64,000 nt of DNA from Nannocystis pusilla (GTDB lineage Bacteria > Myxococcota_A > Polyangia > Nannocystales > Nannocystaceae): the NCBI RefSeq assembly GCF_051105105.1, contig NZ_CP185339.1, one strand, 5' to 3'. Shown here in pieces: positions 20,621-32,029 of the stretch. A program made the translations under genes and the position numbers. Numbering within the stretch: position 1 is the stretch's first letter; each line of letters begins with the position of its first letter. Below the pieces are notes generated by a model, which worked only from the letters and a program-made list of their open reading frames with translations, did no database searches and was not told where the DNA came from.

Positions 20621-23231
20621 TCACGACAGCAGGTCGCTGGCCGCGATCGGTGCGATGACCTGCTCGCGGAACAGCGCGTAGCACACGCTGCCCGCCGGCA
20701 GCTCGAGGTCGCCGCGGACCAGCGCCGCGAACACCGGCGGCCCCGAGGCCGCGGGCAGCACCGCCGGGCTCGCCCCCTCGCCGGCGCGGATCCGCCGCAA
20801 GAACTGCTCCGTCGATTCATTGGCCATACGGGCGAACCCGCGCGCCCCGCCCGCCCCGCGCACGATCACCTGCCGACCGCGCGCCGCTGCGTGCAGCAGC
20901 GCCAGCTCGAACATCGAGCTCCGCACGCCGCTGGCGAAGTAGTCGATCATCTCCGGACAGATCTTCGTGATCGCCCCGTTCGACGTCGCCACGTTGTTCA
21001 TCGCCAGCTGCCCGGTCGAGTAGACGTCGAGCCAGTGCATCGTCGACTCGGCGACGTTCGAGCACCAGCGGCATGAACACCCCGTTGTCGCCCTGCAGGT
21101 CGAACTTGAGCTCGACCTTGCGCGCGTCGAATTGCTTCCCGCCGAGGTCGGCGCGCAGCATCATCCCGGCCCACGCCCGCTCGAGCCGCGAGAACGGCAT
21201 GCCGGCGTAGTTGTTGACGACCATCACCGCGTAGCGGATCCCGCGGGCCCGGGCGCGCTCCCGGTGGACGTCGACGAATTCGGCCGCGCCGTCGGGGAAC
21301 GGCCCGCTGCGCAGGTCGCCGGAGCTCTGCGCGATCGGCTGACCGTCGGGCCCGTCGAACCGCAATTGATAATAGGAGCACACGCCGACGTACTCCCAAT
21401 TTTCGTCGTAGAAGGCGACCGACAGGTCGATGTCGGTGGTGTGGCCGTCCTGCGGCTCGCACCAGTGCAGGAACAGCCGCACCACCTCGCCGGCCGGCAG
21501 CGCCACCCGCGAGCCGCGCGGCAGCGACACCGCGGCGCGGCTGGCCGTGCGCTCGTTGAACGGCACGATGACGTCGCGCAGCCCCTCGTCGAGCACGCAG
21601 GCGTCGAACCCCGGCTTGCCTTCCAGCCGGCGCAGCAGCTCGCGCTCGACAGCCTCGCTCGCCGCCGCGATCGCCCGCGGGGCCAGCGGGGCCCGCCCGT
21701 CGGGGGTCGACGTGCCCTTCGTGACCTGTCCCTTGGGCCAGAACACCCGCACCGCCGCCGGCCGCCCGCGCGTCGGCAGGTGGCCGTGCAGCGTCAGCAG
21801 CAGCGCGTTCTGCAGCCGCGGCGCCGCCGCGACGAACGCCGAGATCACCACGTCCTGCGCGCCCGGGTCGGCGCCCGCGACCCGCAGCGCGTGGTCGAAG
21901 CGCCGGCCCAGCTCGCCCGGCCGCGCCCGCAGCCGCTCGATCATCGCCGGCGCGTCGCCGGCCCGCGCCGCCGCCTCGATCGCCGCGTGGAAGCCGACGA
22001 ACCGCGGCGCCGGCGTGCCGTCGGGCGCCTTCTTGCGCACCACCGCGAACGCCCGCGCCACGCCCGGGAACCGCTCGGCGAACTCGTGCGGGTGGAGGAA
22101 CTGCCCGAGCCACTGCCAGTACGAGCGGTGGCGCAGCATGTCCTCGACGAGTCCATCCGGGTGCATCGACTCGAGGTGGGCCAGCACCGCCCGCCGCAGC
22201 GGCCGGCGCAGCGGCGCCACCTTGAAGCGATACTTGTGGATCGTCAGCGCCACCATCTTGGCCTTCGGCAGCGTGCTCGCGCCGCCGAACACCTGCTTGA
22301 GCTTGGCCGCGAACCCGCCGGCGAGGCTCCCCCCGGGCGGCTGCTCGACCCACCGCTTCTCGATCGTGCCCTGCAGCGACGGGTCGGCGTCGGAGTAGAC
22401 CGCCAGAGTGCGCAGCACGTCGGTCGCGGTCGTCAGGTGGGCCCGCGCCACCGCGAAGGTCGCCGGCGCGTTGCAATTGCGCAGCAGCGCGCCGAAGATC
22501 CGCGCCACGTTCTCGCGCACCGCGATCGTGTCCGGCAGCCAGGCCAGCACCTGCTCGCCGAACTCGTTCACCAGCGTCCCGAGGTCGCCGGCGTCGATCG
22601 GCGACATCACCTGCTTGCGGGCGCAGAACGACTCGAACAGCCCCCGCGCCGCGGCCGGCAGGTCCTCGCCGAGGTCGAGCAGCTTGAAGCGGACCTTCTC
22701 GCGCGGCAGGCTGCGCTCGAGGAACCGCCCCGGCTTGAAGAACGGCGACTCGCGGTCGACGTGGTGCTCGCACACCGGGCACGCGCTGTAGTTCGCGCCG
22801 TCGAAGCAGCGGTCGCAGACCACGTGCATGCACGGGCTCAGCACGTGGGTCGTGCCGACCCGCCGACAGAACACGCACGGCTGGCCCTCGGCCTGCAGGA
22901 GGTGGCACAGCACCTTGCGCAGGTACAGCTCCGACGTGTCCTTCGGGACATCCTCCGGAAAGCGCCGGAACAGCGGCGTGTAGCGGACGTTGCCGCCGAC
23001 CTGGGCCGCCAGCGCGGTCGCCACGAAGCGCGGCTGCAGCGCGAGCTGGTCGGGGGCCAGGGTCGCCAGGCGCTGTCGCAGCCGCCACGACACCACGTAG
23101 CCGAGCTGCGCCAGCTCGAGCTCGATCGCCTGCAGGTGCCGCTCGCTCGCGGTCGCCGCGCCCGGGGCCACGAACACCAGCCCCTGGCGGCGCAGCAGCG
23201 CCTCGCGGGTGGCGGTGTACGTGGCGTCCAT
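20621..23231 (-). CDS. about 870-aa protein with N-terminal RING-HC (C3HC4) zinc finger and C-terminal TerD-like domain (1-nt frameshift near 21040-21080)
   Basis: CVFCRRVGTTHVLSPCMHVVCDRCFDGANYSACPVC fits the RING consensus C-x2-C-x11-C-x-H-x2-C-x2-C-x8-C-x2-C. The C-terminus (DIDLSVAFYDE...GDLRSGPFPDGAAEFVDV...YAVMVVNNY...FSRLERAWAGMM...NGVFMPLVLER) aligns motif by motif with TerD. The last about 140 aa continue in ORF 20621..21040. Confidence 0.6.
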
Positions 23232-23408
23232 GGCGGGCCGGGAAAAGGTGGAGGTAAGCGTCCGAGCTGTTTTTCTGAAAAGAGTGAGAAGGAAGCCCGG
23301 ACTGAGCCTCCGCGCCCAGCGTAGAGCGGCCGCGACGCCGACGTCAAGCCGCGCGGCCGCTCGCGGCGCGCCTGCACCTTCGCGCGATCTTTGCTACCAA
23401 CGACGGTG

Positions 23409-24086
23409 ATGCCGCGAAAGCGCGCCCGAACGCTCCTCGCCTGGAGCGGCGGCAAAGACTCCGCGTGGGCCGGCGTCGCGCTCGCCCGCGACCCTTCGGT
23501 CGAGCTCGTCGGCCTGCTCACCACCACGCGTGAGGACGACGCGCGGGTCGTCATGCACCGCACCCCGCGCGCCGCCTTGCTGGCCCAGGCCGACGCTCTC
23601 GGCCTGCCGCTGTGGGAGGTCGCCCTGCCCGACCCGTGCCCCAACGCGGTCTACGCGGCCAGGATGTCCGCAGTGATCGCTCGCGCCCGCGCCGAGCAGG
23701 TCGAGGCGATCGCCTTCGGCGACCTGTTCCTGGCCGACATCCGGGCTTACCGCGAGGACATGCTCCGAGGGACAGGTCTGCGCGCCGTCTTCCCGCTGTG
23801 GGGCGAGGACACCGCCGCGCTCGCGGAGACCATGATCGCCGGCGGTCTGCGGGCCACCGTGGTCGCAGTCGACCTCGCGCGCCTGTCCGCCGCCTGGCTC
23901 GGCCGCGGCTTCGACCGCGAGTTCCTGGCCGCGCTGCCGCCCGACGTCGATCCGTGCGGCGAGCGCGGCGAGTTCCACACCCTCGTCACCGACCTGCCCG
24001 GCCTCGCCCGCCCGCTCGCGCTCCGCCCCGGCGCCGCGTTCGAACGCGACGGCCACGCCTTCCTCGACGTCCAGCTCGACGCCTGA
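23409..24086 (+). CDS. PP-loop ATP pyrophosphatase (Dph6/MJ0570-related adenine nucleotide alpha-hydrolase)
   Basis: LAWSGGKDS PP-loop motif at the N-terminus and an about 225-aa length typical of the family. Confidence 0.7.
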   Translation: MPRKRARTLLAWSGGKDSAWAGVALARDPSVELVGLLTTTREDDARVVMHRTPRAALLAQADALGLPLWEVALPDPCPNAVYAARMSAVIARARAEQVEAIAFGDLFLADIRAYREDMLRGTGLRAVFPLWGEDTAALAETMIAGGLRATVVAVDLARLSAAWLGRGFDREFLAALPPDVDPCGERGEFHTLVTDLPGLARPLALRPGAAFERDGHAFLDVQLDA

Positions 24087-24219
24087 ATCACATGTCCTCA
24101 CGGACATGTCCCGATTATCACCCGTCGCGCGCCCGCCCTACGGGCTCACGCTCACGCACCTGTCCGCCGGGACACCCCACCACCGCCTCGACCTGTCCCG
24201 CAGGACATGTCGCGGGTCC
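24084..24219. repeat. two REP-like elements between convergent genes (CACATGTCCTCACGGACATGTCCCG and CCTGTCCCGCAGGACATGTCGCGGGTCC)
   Basis: GGACATGTCC cores lie at about 24101 and about 24203. Confidence 0.7.
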
Positions 24220-24229
24220 CGCTCGGCGC

Positions 24230-24913
24230 TCACGCCATCGCCTTCGTCGGCGACTTGGCGAGGATCCAGCTGGCCAGCCAGCTCTCGTGCCCGGGCGCGA
24301 TCGCGGCGACCGTCTCCGGGCGCACGCCGAGCCGCCTTCGCGCCTCGACCAGCGGGACCGCCAGCAGGTCCTCGAGCCGCGCCTCGAGCATCGGCTCGGC
24401 CTCCTTGGCCATGCGCAGCCCGACGCGGACGTTGTGCCACACCCCGGGGACGTGCAGCGGCATCAGCAGCGAGTAGATCACGGTGCTCAGCCACAGCATC
24501 GCCCGTGACGAGCCGAAGCCCTGGCCGATCATGAACGCGAACACCCCGATCTCGCCGGCCGGCGTGGTCGGGAAGCCGGTCAGCACGTGGACCAGGTCGT
24601 GCGTGGTCGTGTAGCGCAGCGCCAGCGGGTTTTGGGCCAGGCGCTGCTTCATGTCGTCGCTGATCACCAGCGGCTCGAGCTTGTTGCGGTCGAGCTGGTG
24701 GGCGAACGCGCGGCCGACGGTGCCCTCGGGCAGCGCTCGCAGCTCGGCCAGGTCGACCTCGAGGCAGGGCGTCGGCAGCGTGTGCAGGCGGTCGTTGCCG
24801 GTGTGCTCCGGCCCGGCCAAAACGGCGAACTTCAGCGCCGCGATGTCGCCGATCGATCGGCCCTCGCGCTGCATGCGGCTGAGCTCGCGGATGTCGCTCC
24901 ACTTCATCTTCAT
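24230..24913 (-). CDS. Coq4-family protein (ubiquinone biosynthesis COQ4 homolog)
   Basis: HDLVHVLTGFPTTPAGE matches the Coq4 HDxxH-x11-E zinc-binding signature. The start MKMKWSDIREL at 24913 has an AGGAG upstream. Confidence 0.7.
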   Translation of the reverse strand: MKMKWSDIRELSRMQREGRSIGDIAALKFAVLAGPEHTGNDRLHTLPTPCLEVDLAELRALPEGTVGRAFAHQLDRNKLEPLVISDDMKQRLAQNPLALRYTTTHDLVHVLTGFPTTPAGEIGVFAFMIGQGFGSSRAMLWLSTVIYSLLMPLHVPGVWHNVRVGLRMAKEAEPMLEARLEDLLAVPLVEARRRLGVRPETVAAIAPGHESWLASWILAKSPTKAMA

Positions 24914-25006
24914 GTCTCCTGGGGCCCGCGCGGGCGTCGGAGCGGGCGCGCGTTTTCGCGCCGACATCAGCTCCAAACGGTCTCTCCGGCGGGCTCGGGA
25001 ACAATA

Positions 25007-25031
25007 TTGACTAACTGACCGATTAAGTCAA
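25007..25031. promoter_or_regulatory. palindromic operator TTGACTAACTGACCGATTAAGTCAA in the divergent Coq4-like / TetR intergenic region
   Basis: An AT-rich 25-bp inverted repeat (TTGACTAA / TTAAGTCAA) ends 12 nt upstream of the TetR-family gene start. This is the classic TetR autoregulatory operator arrangement. Confidence 0.5.
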
Positions 25032-25043
25032 ACTGGTCATCAC

Positions 25044-25718
25044 ATGAATTTCGAGAGCCTCGCCGAGATGCGCGCCATCCTCGCGGACGCGGTGGGTGAC
25101 GTCGACCCCGAGAGCAGCAAGGGCAAGAAGCGGCTGAAGATCCTCGAGGCCGCGATCGGGCTGTTCGTCGCGCACGGCTACCGCAAGACCAGCATCGACG
25201 ACATCGCCCGCGCCGCCGGCATCGCCAAGGGCACGGTCTACCTCTACTTCGCGACCAAGCTCGACGTCCTCTACATCGCGTGCGCCTACGAGAAGCTGCG
25301 GCTGTTCACCGTGCTCGACGGCTTCGAGGCCCCCTCCCTCGACGCGCGCGATCGCCTGCGCCAGTGGGTGCGCGCGTCGATCCTCATGGTCGCCGCCTCG
25401 CCGCTGCTCACCCGCGCCTCCGCGAGCGACCCCGACATGCTCGCCGCGCTGATCGAAGCCATGCCCGAGCGCGTCGGCGAGGCCATGGCCGACGCCAACA
25501 GCTTCCTCGGTCACCTCCTCGACGCCGCGGTCGCGCCGGCCCAGTGGACCGACGAGGAGCGCCACGCCCGCGCCATCGTCCTGCAGGCGCTGACCCGCTT
25601 CGCCCCGCTGGTCGGCGACGACCCGCTGCGGCAGGGCCTGAGCATCGAGCAATTCGCCGAGACCCTCGCCGACGTGTTCGTCGACGGGATGCGCGTCCCC
25701 GATCGCGCGCGCACCTGA
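25044..25718 (+). CDS. TetR/AcrR family transcriptional regulator
   Basis: N-terminal HTH (KRLKILEAAIGLFVAHGYRKTSIDDIARAAGIAKGTVYLYFATK) plus a helical ligand-binding domain. Confidence 0.85.
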   Translation: MNFESLAEMRAILADAVGDVDPESSKGKKRLKILEAAIGLFVAHGYRKTSIDDIARAAGIAKGTVYLYFATKLDVLYIACAYEKLRLFTVLDGFEAPSLDARDRLRQWVRASILMVAASPLLTRASASDPDMLAALIEAMPERVGEAMADANSFLGHLLDAAVAPAQWTDEERHARAIVLQALTRFAPLVGDDPLRQGLSIEQFAETLADVFVDGMRVPDRART

Positions 25719-25848
25719 GGCTCGCGCGCGACGAGCCGGTGCCCGCCGCGACGTCGGTGAACGCGAGCACGGTCGAACGCTCGCCGATCCTACGAGACAG
25801 CCCGGGCCGTCGCGCGAGCTGTCTCTCGGGACATCGCCCGCGACGCGC

Positions 25849-26493
25849 CTACGCGCGCACCGCCGCCAGCTCGAGCAGCACCGGCTGGCCGCGTCGGCGG
25901 GCCAGCTTGGCGCTGGCTGACGGATTGGCGTACCAGTCGGTCGCCGACACTAAGGTCCACGCCGCGCCCATCGCCGCCTGGAGCTCCGTGACCTCGTGCA
26001 GGTAGCTCGGCAGGTACAGGTCCTCGCCCTCGTGGGCGAAGTGGGCGCGGCCGCCGTCGGCCCGCCAGCGCGGGTGGATCTCGAAGATGTGCAGCCAGCC
26101 GCCGGACCGCACCGCTCGCGCCGCCGTGGCCAGCAGCGGCGCCACGTCCTCCGCGTGCTCGAGCACGAGGCTCAGCAGCGCGCCGTCGAATTCGGCCAGC
26201 TCCAGCGCCTCGGCGGCGTCGCTGCGGACGAAGCGAGCCCGCGCGTCGGGCACGTTGCGGGCCGCCTGCGCCAGCATCCCCGGCGACACGTCGACGCCGA
26301 CGTACTCCGCGAACCCGCGCGCCAGCAAGAACGGCGCGTTGCGGCCCGTCCCGCACCCCAGCTCGAGCACGCGCCGCCCCTCCGGGTGCCAGCGCCGCAT
26401 CGCCACTGCCGTCATCGCCACCAGCGGGTTGTCGATGTGGTCGTACGTGGACGCCCACAGATCATAGCCTTGAACGACGTCGGTGGTCTTCAT
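25849..26493 (-). CDS. class I SAM-dependent methyltransferase
   Basis: Start MKTTDVVQGYD at 26493 with GGGAGG upstream. Motif I is VLELGCGTGRN. Confidence 0.8.
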   Translation of the reverse strand: MKTTDVVQGYDLWASTYDHIDNPLVAMTAVAMRRWHPEGRRVLELGCGTGRNAPFLLARGFAEYVGVDVSPGMLAQAARNVPDARARFVRSDAAEALELAEFDGALLSLVLEHAEDVAPLLATAARAVRSGGWLHIFEIHPRWRADGGRAHFAHEGEDLYLPSYLHEVTELQAAMGAAWTLVSATDWYANPSASAKLARRRGQPVLLELAAVRA

Positions 26494-26793
26494 GTGTCCT
26501 CCCTCGGGGTTACCCGGTCGCGTCACGCGATTGGGGGCACTTTGCGTCCGCCAGACGTGCTCGCGGTATAGTCAATCCGCGGCGCGCCCGCAACTCGCCG
26601 CAGCGAACGGTCGTCGGCCCGCCCGTGCGCCGCGTCACGCCGCGCGCCGCGCGAAGCGCCGGCCCGCGGGGCATGTCTCTTCGGCCAGCTCATCGGATAC
26701 GGCGTCGATCGTCGTCGCGGACATCCACCCGCGCGCGCAGCCCAAACCTGTCCGCGAGGACATGCAGCCAGCGAGCCGCGCGCAGCGTCGGCC

Positions 26794-27927
26794 TCACATC
26801 GGGATCGGCACCAGGTCGGCCGCGAAGCGGAAGATGAGGTACTGGTGGTCGGGGTTGCCGCCGCCGCCCGGCCACATGAACGGGCTCTGCGGCGGCTTCA
26901 CGTTGGCCGGATCCCAGTTGAACCACATCCACTTCGCCTCCTCCGGCATGTCCATCGGGCACACCAGCGGGAACTCGTTGCCGGCCATCGGCCCGCCGTT
27001 GTACGGCGTCGTGTTGGGCTCGCCGAACGCGACCGCGCCGTACTGCGTGCCGACTTCGTCGACCCAGCCCACGCTGCTGGTGTTCGGGTCGAGCGCGCCC
27101 TGGTTGCACTTGACGATGTGGTCGTTGATGACCTGCAAGGACGGCCCGCCGCTGCCCGGCTGATAGTCGACCCCGGTCGCGCACACCTCCCAGCCCTCGG
27201 TGCCGGTGAACACGTCCTCGCCGAAGTTGCCGCCGCCGTCCTTGCGGCGGAAGCGGGCCAGCACGCCCTGCGTCGTCGACGAGTCGGCCCAGGCGATGAT
27301 GTAGAGGAAGCTGGCGTTGTCGGCCTCCTCGTACGGCACCACGTACTTCTCCGGCCCCTCGCCGCAGTTGAAGATCTGCCCCGCGGTGGTGTTCTCGATC
27401 CCGCCCCAGTACATCGAGATGTTGTCGTCGGTGCCGTACGCGAACCCGTAGGCGTTGTCGGCGGTGATCACGATCTCGATGTCGCTGGCCGGCTCCCCGG
27501 TCGTCTCCGTGGTCTCGCCCGTCGTCGTCGTCGTCGTCGTCTCGCCCGTCGTCGTCGTCGTCGTCGTCGACGAGGTCTCGTCCGTGGTGCTCGTCGTCGT
27601 CCCCGGCTCGCTGGTGCTCGTCGTCGTGTCCGAGGTCGTGGTGTCGACGCCCTGCGTCGTCGTCGACGTCGCGTCGGTGGTCGTCAAGCCGGTGCCCTCC
27701 GTGCCGACCGTGCTGGTCCCGCCGGTCGGATCGTCGGTCGTTTGCGTCGTCGTCGTCGGGTTCGCGTTGCCGGTCGTCGGCTCGGTCGCGGTGCCCATCG
27801 TGGCCTGTGTCTCGCTCGCCGACCCGCTGCTCGGGTCGCCGGAGTCCGGACACCCGGAACGTCAGCAGCGACAACACGGCGAACGAGAGCGACGATTGAA
27901 CTACTTTCAAGGAGCAGATTCTCAACA
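26794..27927 (-). CDS. secreted protein with Thr-rich linker and unknown C-terminal domain (1-nt frameshift near 27848)
   Basis: Signal peptide MLRICSLKVVQSSLSFAVLSLLT(SGC) sits in the 26690..27955 frame. An about 120-aa Thr-rich linker and a 220-aa Trp-rich domain (ORF 26794..27798) follow. Confidence 0.55.
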
Positions 27928-28284
27928 TGACGCCACGATACCCGAAAGGGCGCACCTCGGCGCCCGATCCTCGTCCCTCTCGTCCGCGTCACGCGGTCAC
28001 GATCGCGCCGACCGGAGCGAACGCCTCCGATTCGCCCCGATTCGGGCGTCCCCCGGGTCCGTGGTCCGCCTGGCGGCGGGCGCCTCGCGGGGGCATCCAC
28101 GGGTCTGCCGACGCGAAGACGACGACCGGGCGTCAGGCCGCGAAGGCGCGAAGGACCGATTCGCAGTAGTGCGAATCGATCCTCGCGCGTCGCTTCTCTG
28201 TCACCTCCGCGGGTCACGCCGCGGGGCCGCAGCGGTCGCTACGGTCGCAGCGCGCGCGGCCGCGGCCGTGCGCGCCGTCGCGGG

Positions 28285-29544
28285 TCACATCCCGCCGCCG
28301 GCCGCTTGCATGAGCTGCTCCACCTCGGCGTAGCGGACCACGCCGGCCACGGTGGTGTCCTTCTTCTTCATCGGCCGCCACACGAAGTCGGGGTGGCGGC
28401 GCTTCGACTTGCCGACCCACTCGCCGCCGATGACGCGGCCGACCCCGTCGAGCTCGATGATGTAGTCGTAGACCTCGGTGAACGTGAAGGTCGCCAGGTT
28501 GTCGACCAGCTGCTGGTTGAACCCCGGGCCCGCCTCGTTGATCCAGTACACCTCGGTGCGGACGCGCCGCAGCTCGACCGCGTCCGGGTTGAAGCGGTAC
28601 TGCGAGCCGCCGCTGCTGATCATGTCGTTCGCGGTCGCGCCCGACACCTCCTCGTTGCGCGTCACCTTGTAGCCGACCACCGGGTGGTTCCAGACCTCGC
28701 GGTCGTAGGTGCGGTCGAACACGAACGACTCGCCGCGGAGCCCGAGCATATTGGTCAGCGCCACGTGGAAGCTGCCGGCGTTGGTGTCCTGGCACGCCTG
28801 GCTCTTGATGCTGCCCGTCGTGTTGCAGCGCAGCGACATGAAGCGGACCGACAGGCCCTCGGTGTACGTCAGGCTGATGAGCGCCTTGAGGTCGGAGATC
28901 TCGAAGCGCACCCCGTTGTACGTGATGCCCTGCTGGGGCTCGCGCTCCATGATGGCCGCCGGCGCCCACGCGTGGCAGATGCCCATCCACGTCTCGATGC
29001 AGCGGCCGCGCGACTCGCCGCGCCGACGGCCGCACACGCGGCCCCCCACGTTGGAGCAGTCGGAGTCGTACCTGCACGCCTTCGTGCCGCCGATGCTGCC
29101 GACGCCGAAGCGGTTGGAGATGACCGCCCCGACCCCCTTGCGGCCGAACGCGGCCCCGTACTTCTCGGCCGGCGAGCGGATCTTCGAGCCCGCCCAGCGG
29201 TAGTTGATCGAGTCGTTGTAGGTCGGCCAGTAGTAGCCCGGCCACGGCACGCGCTCCGCCCAGCCCGACTCGGGCAGCTCGTCGAGATCGAAGTTGAAGT
29301 CCTTGCTGAGGAGGCGGGGATCGTCCGCCTTCGTCCACCCCTCGCGGTAGAGCAACGCCTCTTCCTGCTCCTCGGTGAGCGCCGGCTCCTCTCCCTCGTC
29401 CGCGGCGAGCTCGTCGGTCTCTTCGACCGGCTCGTCACAGGCGGACAGCCCCGAGCAGAGCATGCCCAGCGCCAGCGCGGCGCGGAAGGTGAGACGGCCC
29501 GCGAGACGACTCGCGGAGGATGAGGATGGAATCGTGAATGACAT
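28285..29544 (-). CDS. lipoprotein of the transglutaminase-elicitor (GP42 TGase-like) family
   Basis: Lipobox LGMLCSGLSAC. VWNHPVVGYKV closely matches the Pep-13 epitope (VWNQPVRGFKV) of oomycete GP42 transglutaminase. A candidate Cys nucleophile lies in WMGICHAWAPAA. Confidence 0.7.
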   Translation of the reverse strand: MSFTIPSSSSASRLAGRLTFRAALALGMLCSGLSACDEPVEETDELAADEGEEPALTEEQEEALLYREGWTKADDPRLLSKDFNFDLDELPESGWAERVPWPGYYWPTYNDSINYRWAGSKIRSPAEKYGAAFGRKGVGAVISNRFGVGSIGGTKACRYDSDCSNVGGRVCGRRRGESRGRCIETWMGICHAWAPAAIMEREPQQGITYNGVRFEISDLKALISLTYTEGLSVRFMSLRCNTTGSIKSQACQDTNAGSFHVALTNMLGLRGESFVFDRTYDREVWNHPVVGYKVTRNEEVSGATANDMISSGGSQYRFNPDAVELRRVRTEVYWINEAGPGFNQQLVDNLATFTFTEVYDYIIELDGVGRVIGGEWVGKSKRRHPDFVWRPMKKKDTTVAGVVRYAEVEQLMQAAGGGM

Positions 29545-30017
29545 GAAACACCTCGAAAATGGTCTGACCGATTCGCACGTTCTCCGTCGTCGTCAGCGGC
29601 AGGATCGCCGCTGGGTCCTCGGGAGCGACATCGAGGCGGAGCGGTCGTCACGCAGCGTCGAACGACAGCCTCGCATGATTCTCCTCTCGTCTCGTGGCGA
29701 GAGCCCGCCGGAGCGGTCCCCTGCGTGAGCGCGATTCACTGGACCGACGCATCGATCCGGACAATGACGGCAGTGCGACGAAGTCTGCGTCGGCTCGCCG
29801 AGACGACAGGCGAGGACGGCGGGACATGGGTCGCACGGAGGAGACCGGCGGGAGTTCCATCCAGTCGAGGTCAGCGTGACGGTCGCCGGTGAGGGTTCGA
29901 CGGGCCGCGAGGTCAAGGTCCCCGCGGGGGTCGTCGCCGAGTCGTGAGAGCGCGCTCGATCTGCCGCTCGAGCGCTGCGCCGGGGCGCGTGGACTCGGGT
30001 GAATGGGTCAGAGGTCC

Positions 30018-30074
30018 AGCGGCGAGGTCCTCGCCGCTCGCAGCGGAGCGCTCGAGGGGCCTCGAGCGCTCCGC
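30018..30074. terminator. two adjacent GC-rich palindromes downstream of the 30137..31430 gene
   Basis: AGCGGCGAGGTCCTCGCCGCT sits at about 30018-30038 and GCGGAGCGCTCGAGGGGCCTCGAGCGCTCCGC at about 30043-30074. There is no U-tract, so terminator function is speculative. Confidence 0.25.
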
Positions 30075-30136
30075 TTCAGGCGGGGCCGGCGTGCGCGATC
30101 GTCAGGCGATCATCCTGCCGGTCCGCCGTGGTCGGC

Positions 30137-31430
<1,294 letters not shown>

Positions 31431-32029
31431 GGGAGGGTTTCCTTTCTCTGTCTCGAAAGCAGCCGGCGGGTCAATCCCGCCTGAGCTCTTCCGGACGAAC
31501 TATTGGTTGGTAGTCCCGGGTAGGCAAAGCTAAGGTGTGGTGAAGCGCAAAGGAGGACGGCGCCCCATTCTGCGACACCCCCCTCTACGAGGCCCTACAG
31601 CCGCGAATTTCAGGGAATTGCCGGGGTCCCGCGAGCCCGGCGGGGCGCGCGGAGAACCGCTCGAACAGGCGTTATTTCCGGTCGCTGCGGCCGCCTCGCC
31701 CACTGCTATCAATGTCGTCCGCCTGCCGCGGCCGTCCGCCGCGCCGGAGTCGTCCGCGCCTGCGCGATATCGAATGCCATCAGGCGATCGATGGGCGCGA
31801 AAATGACAGTACATCACCGCCGCGATCCATCTGACAGCGCACCGAACATTTCCGCGACCGGGCGGCGGTATGGCCAATGGCTCACCGAAACGTCGCAGCG
31901 GCCCGCCCGCGCGAACCACCGCGCGCCGCCCGTTTCCGCCGCGCGCCTGGGCGGCGCGCCTAAAGCGTCCGCTCGTCGTCCGCTCTCCGCCGGCCCGTGC
32001 GACCGCCCGGACACGTCAGGTCGGCGGCC

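Noticed and set aside
30018-30074. Strong palindromes as a canonical intrinsic terminator
   Set aside because: There is no U-tract on the relevant strand. I kept it as a low-confidence terminator or protein-binding hairpin.
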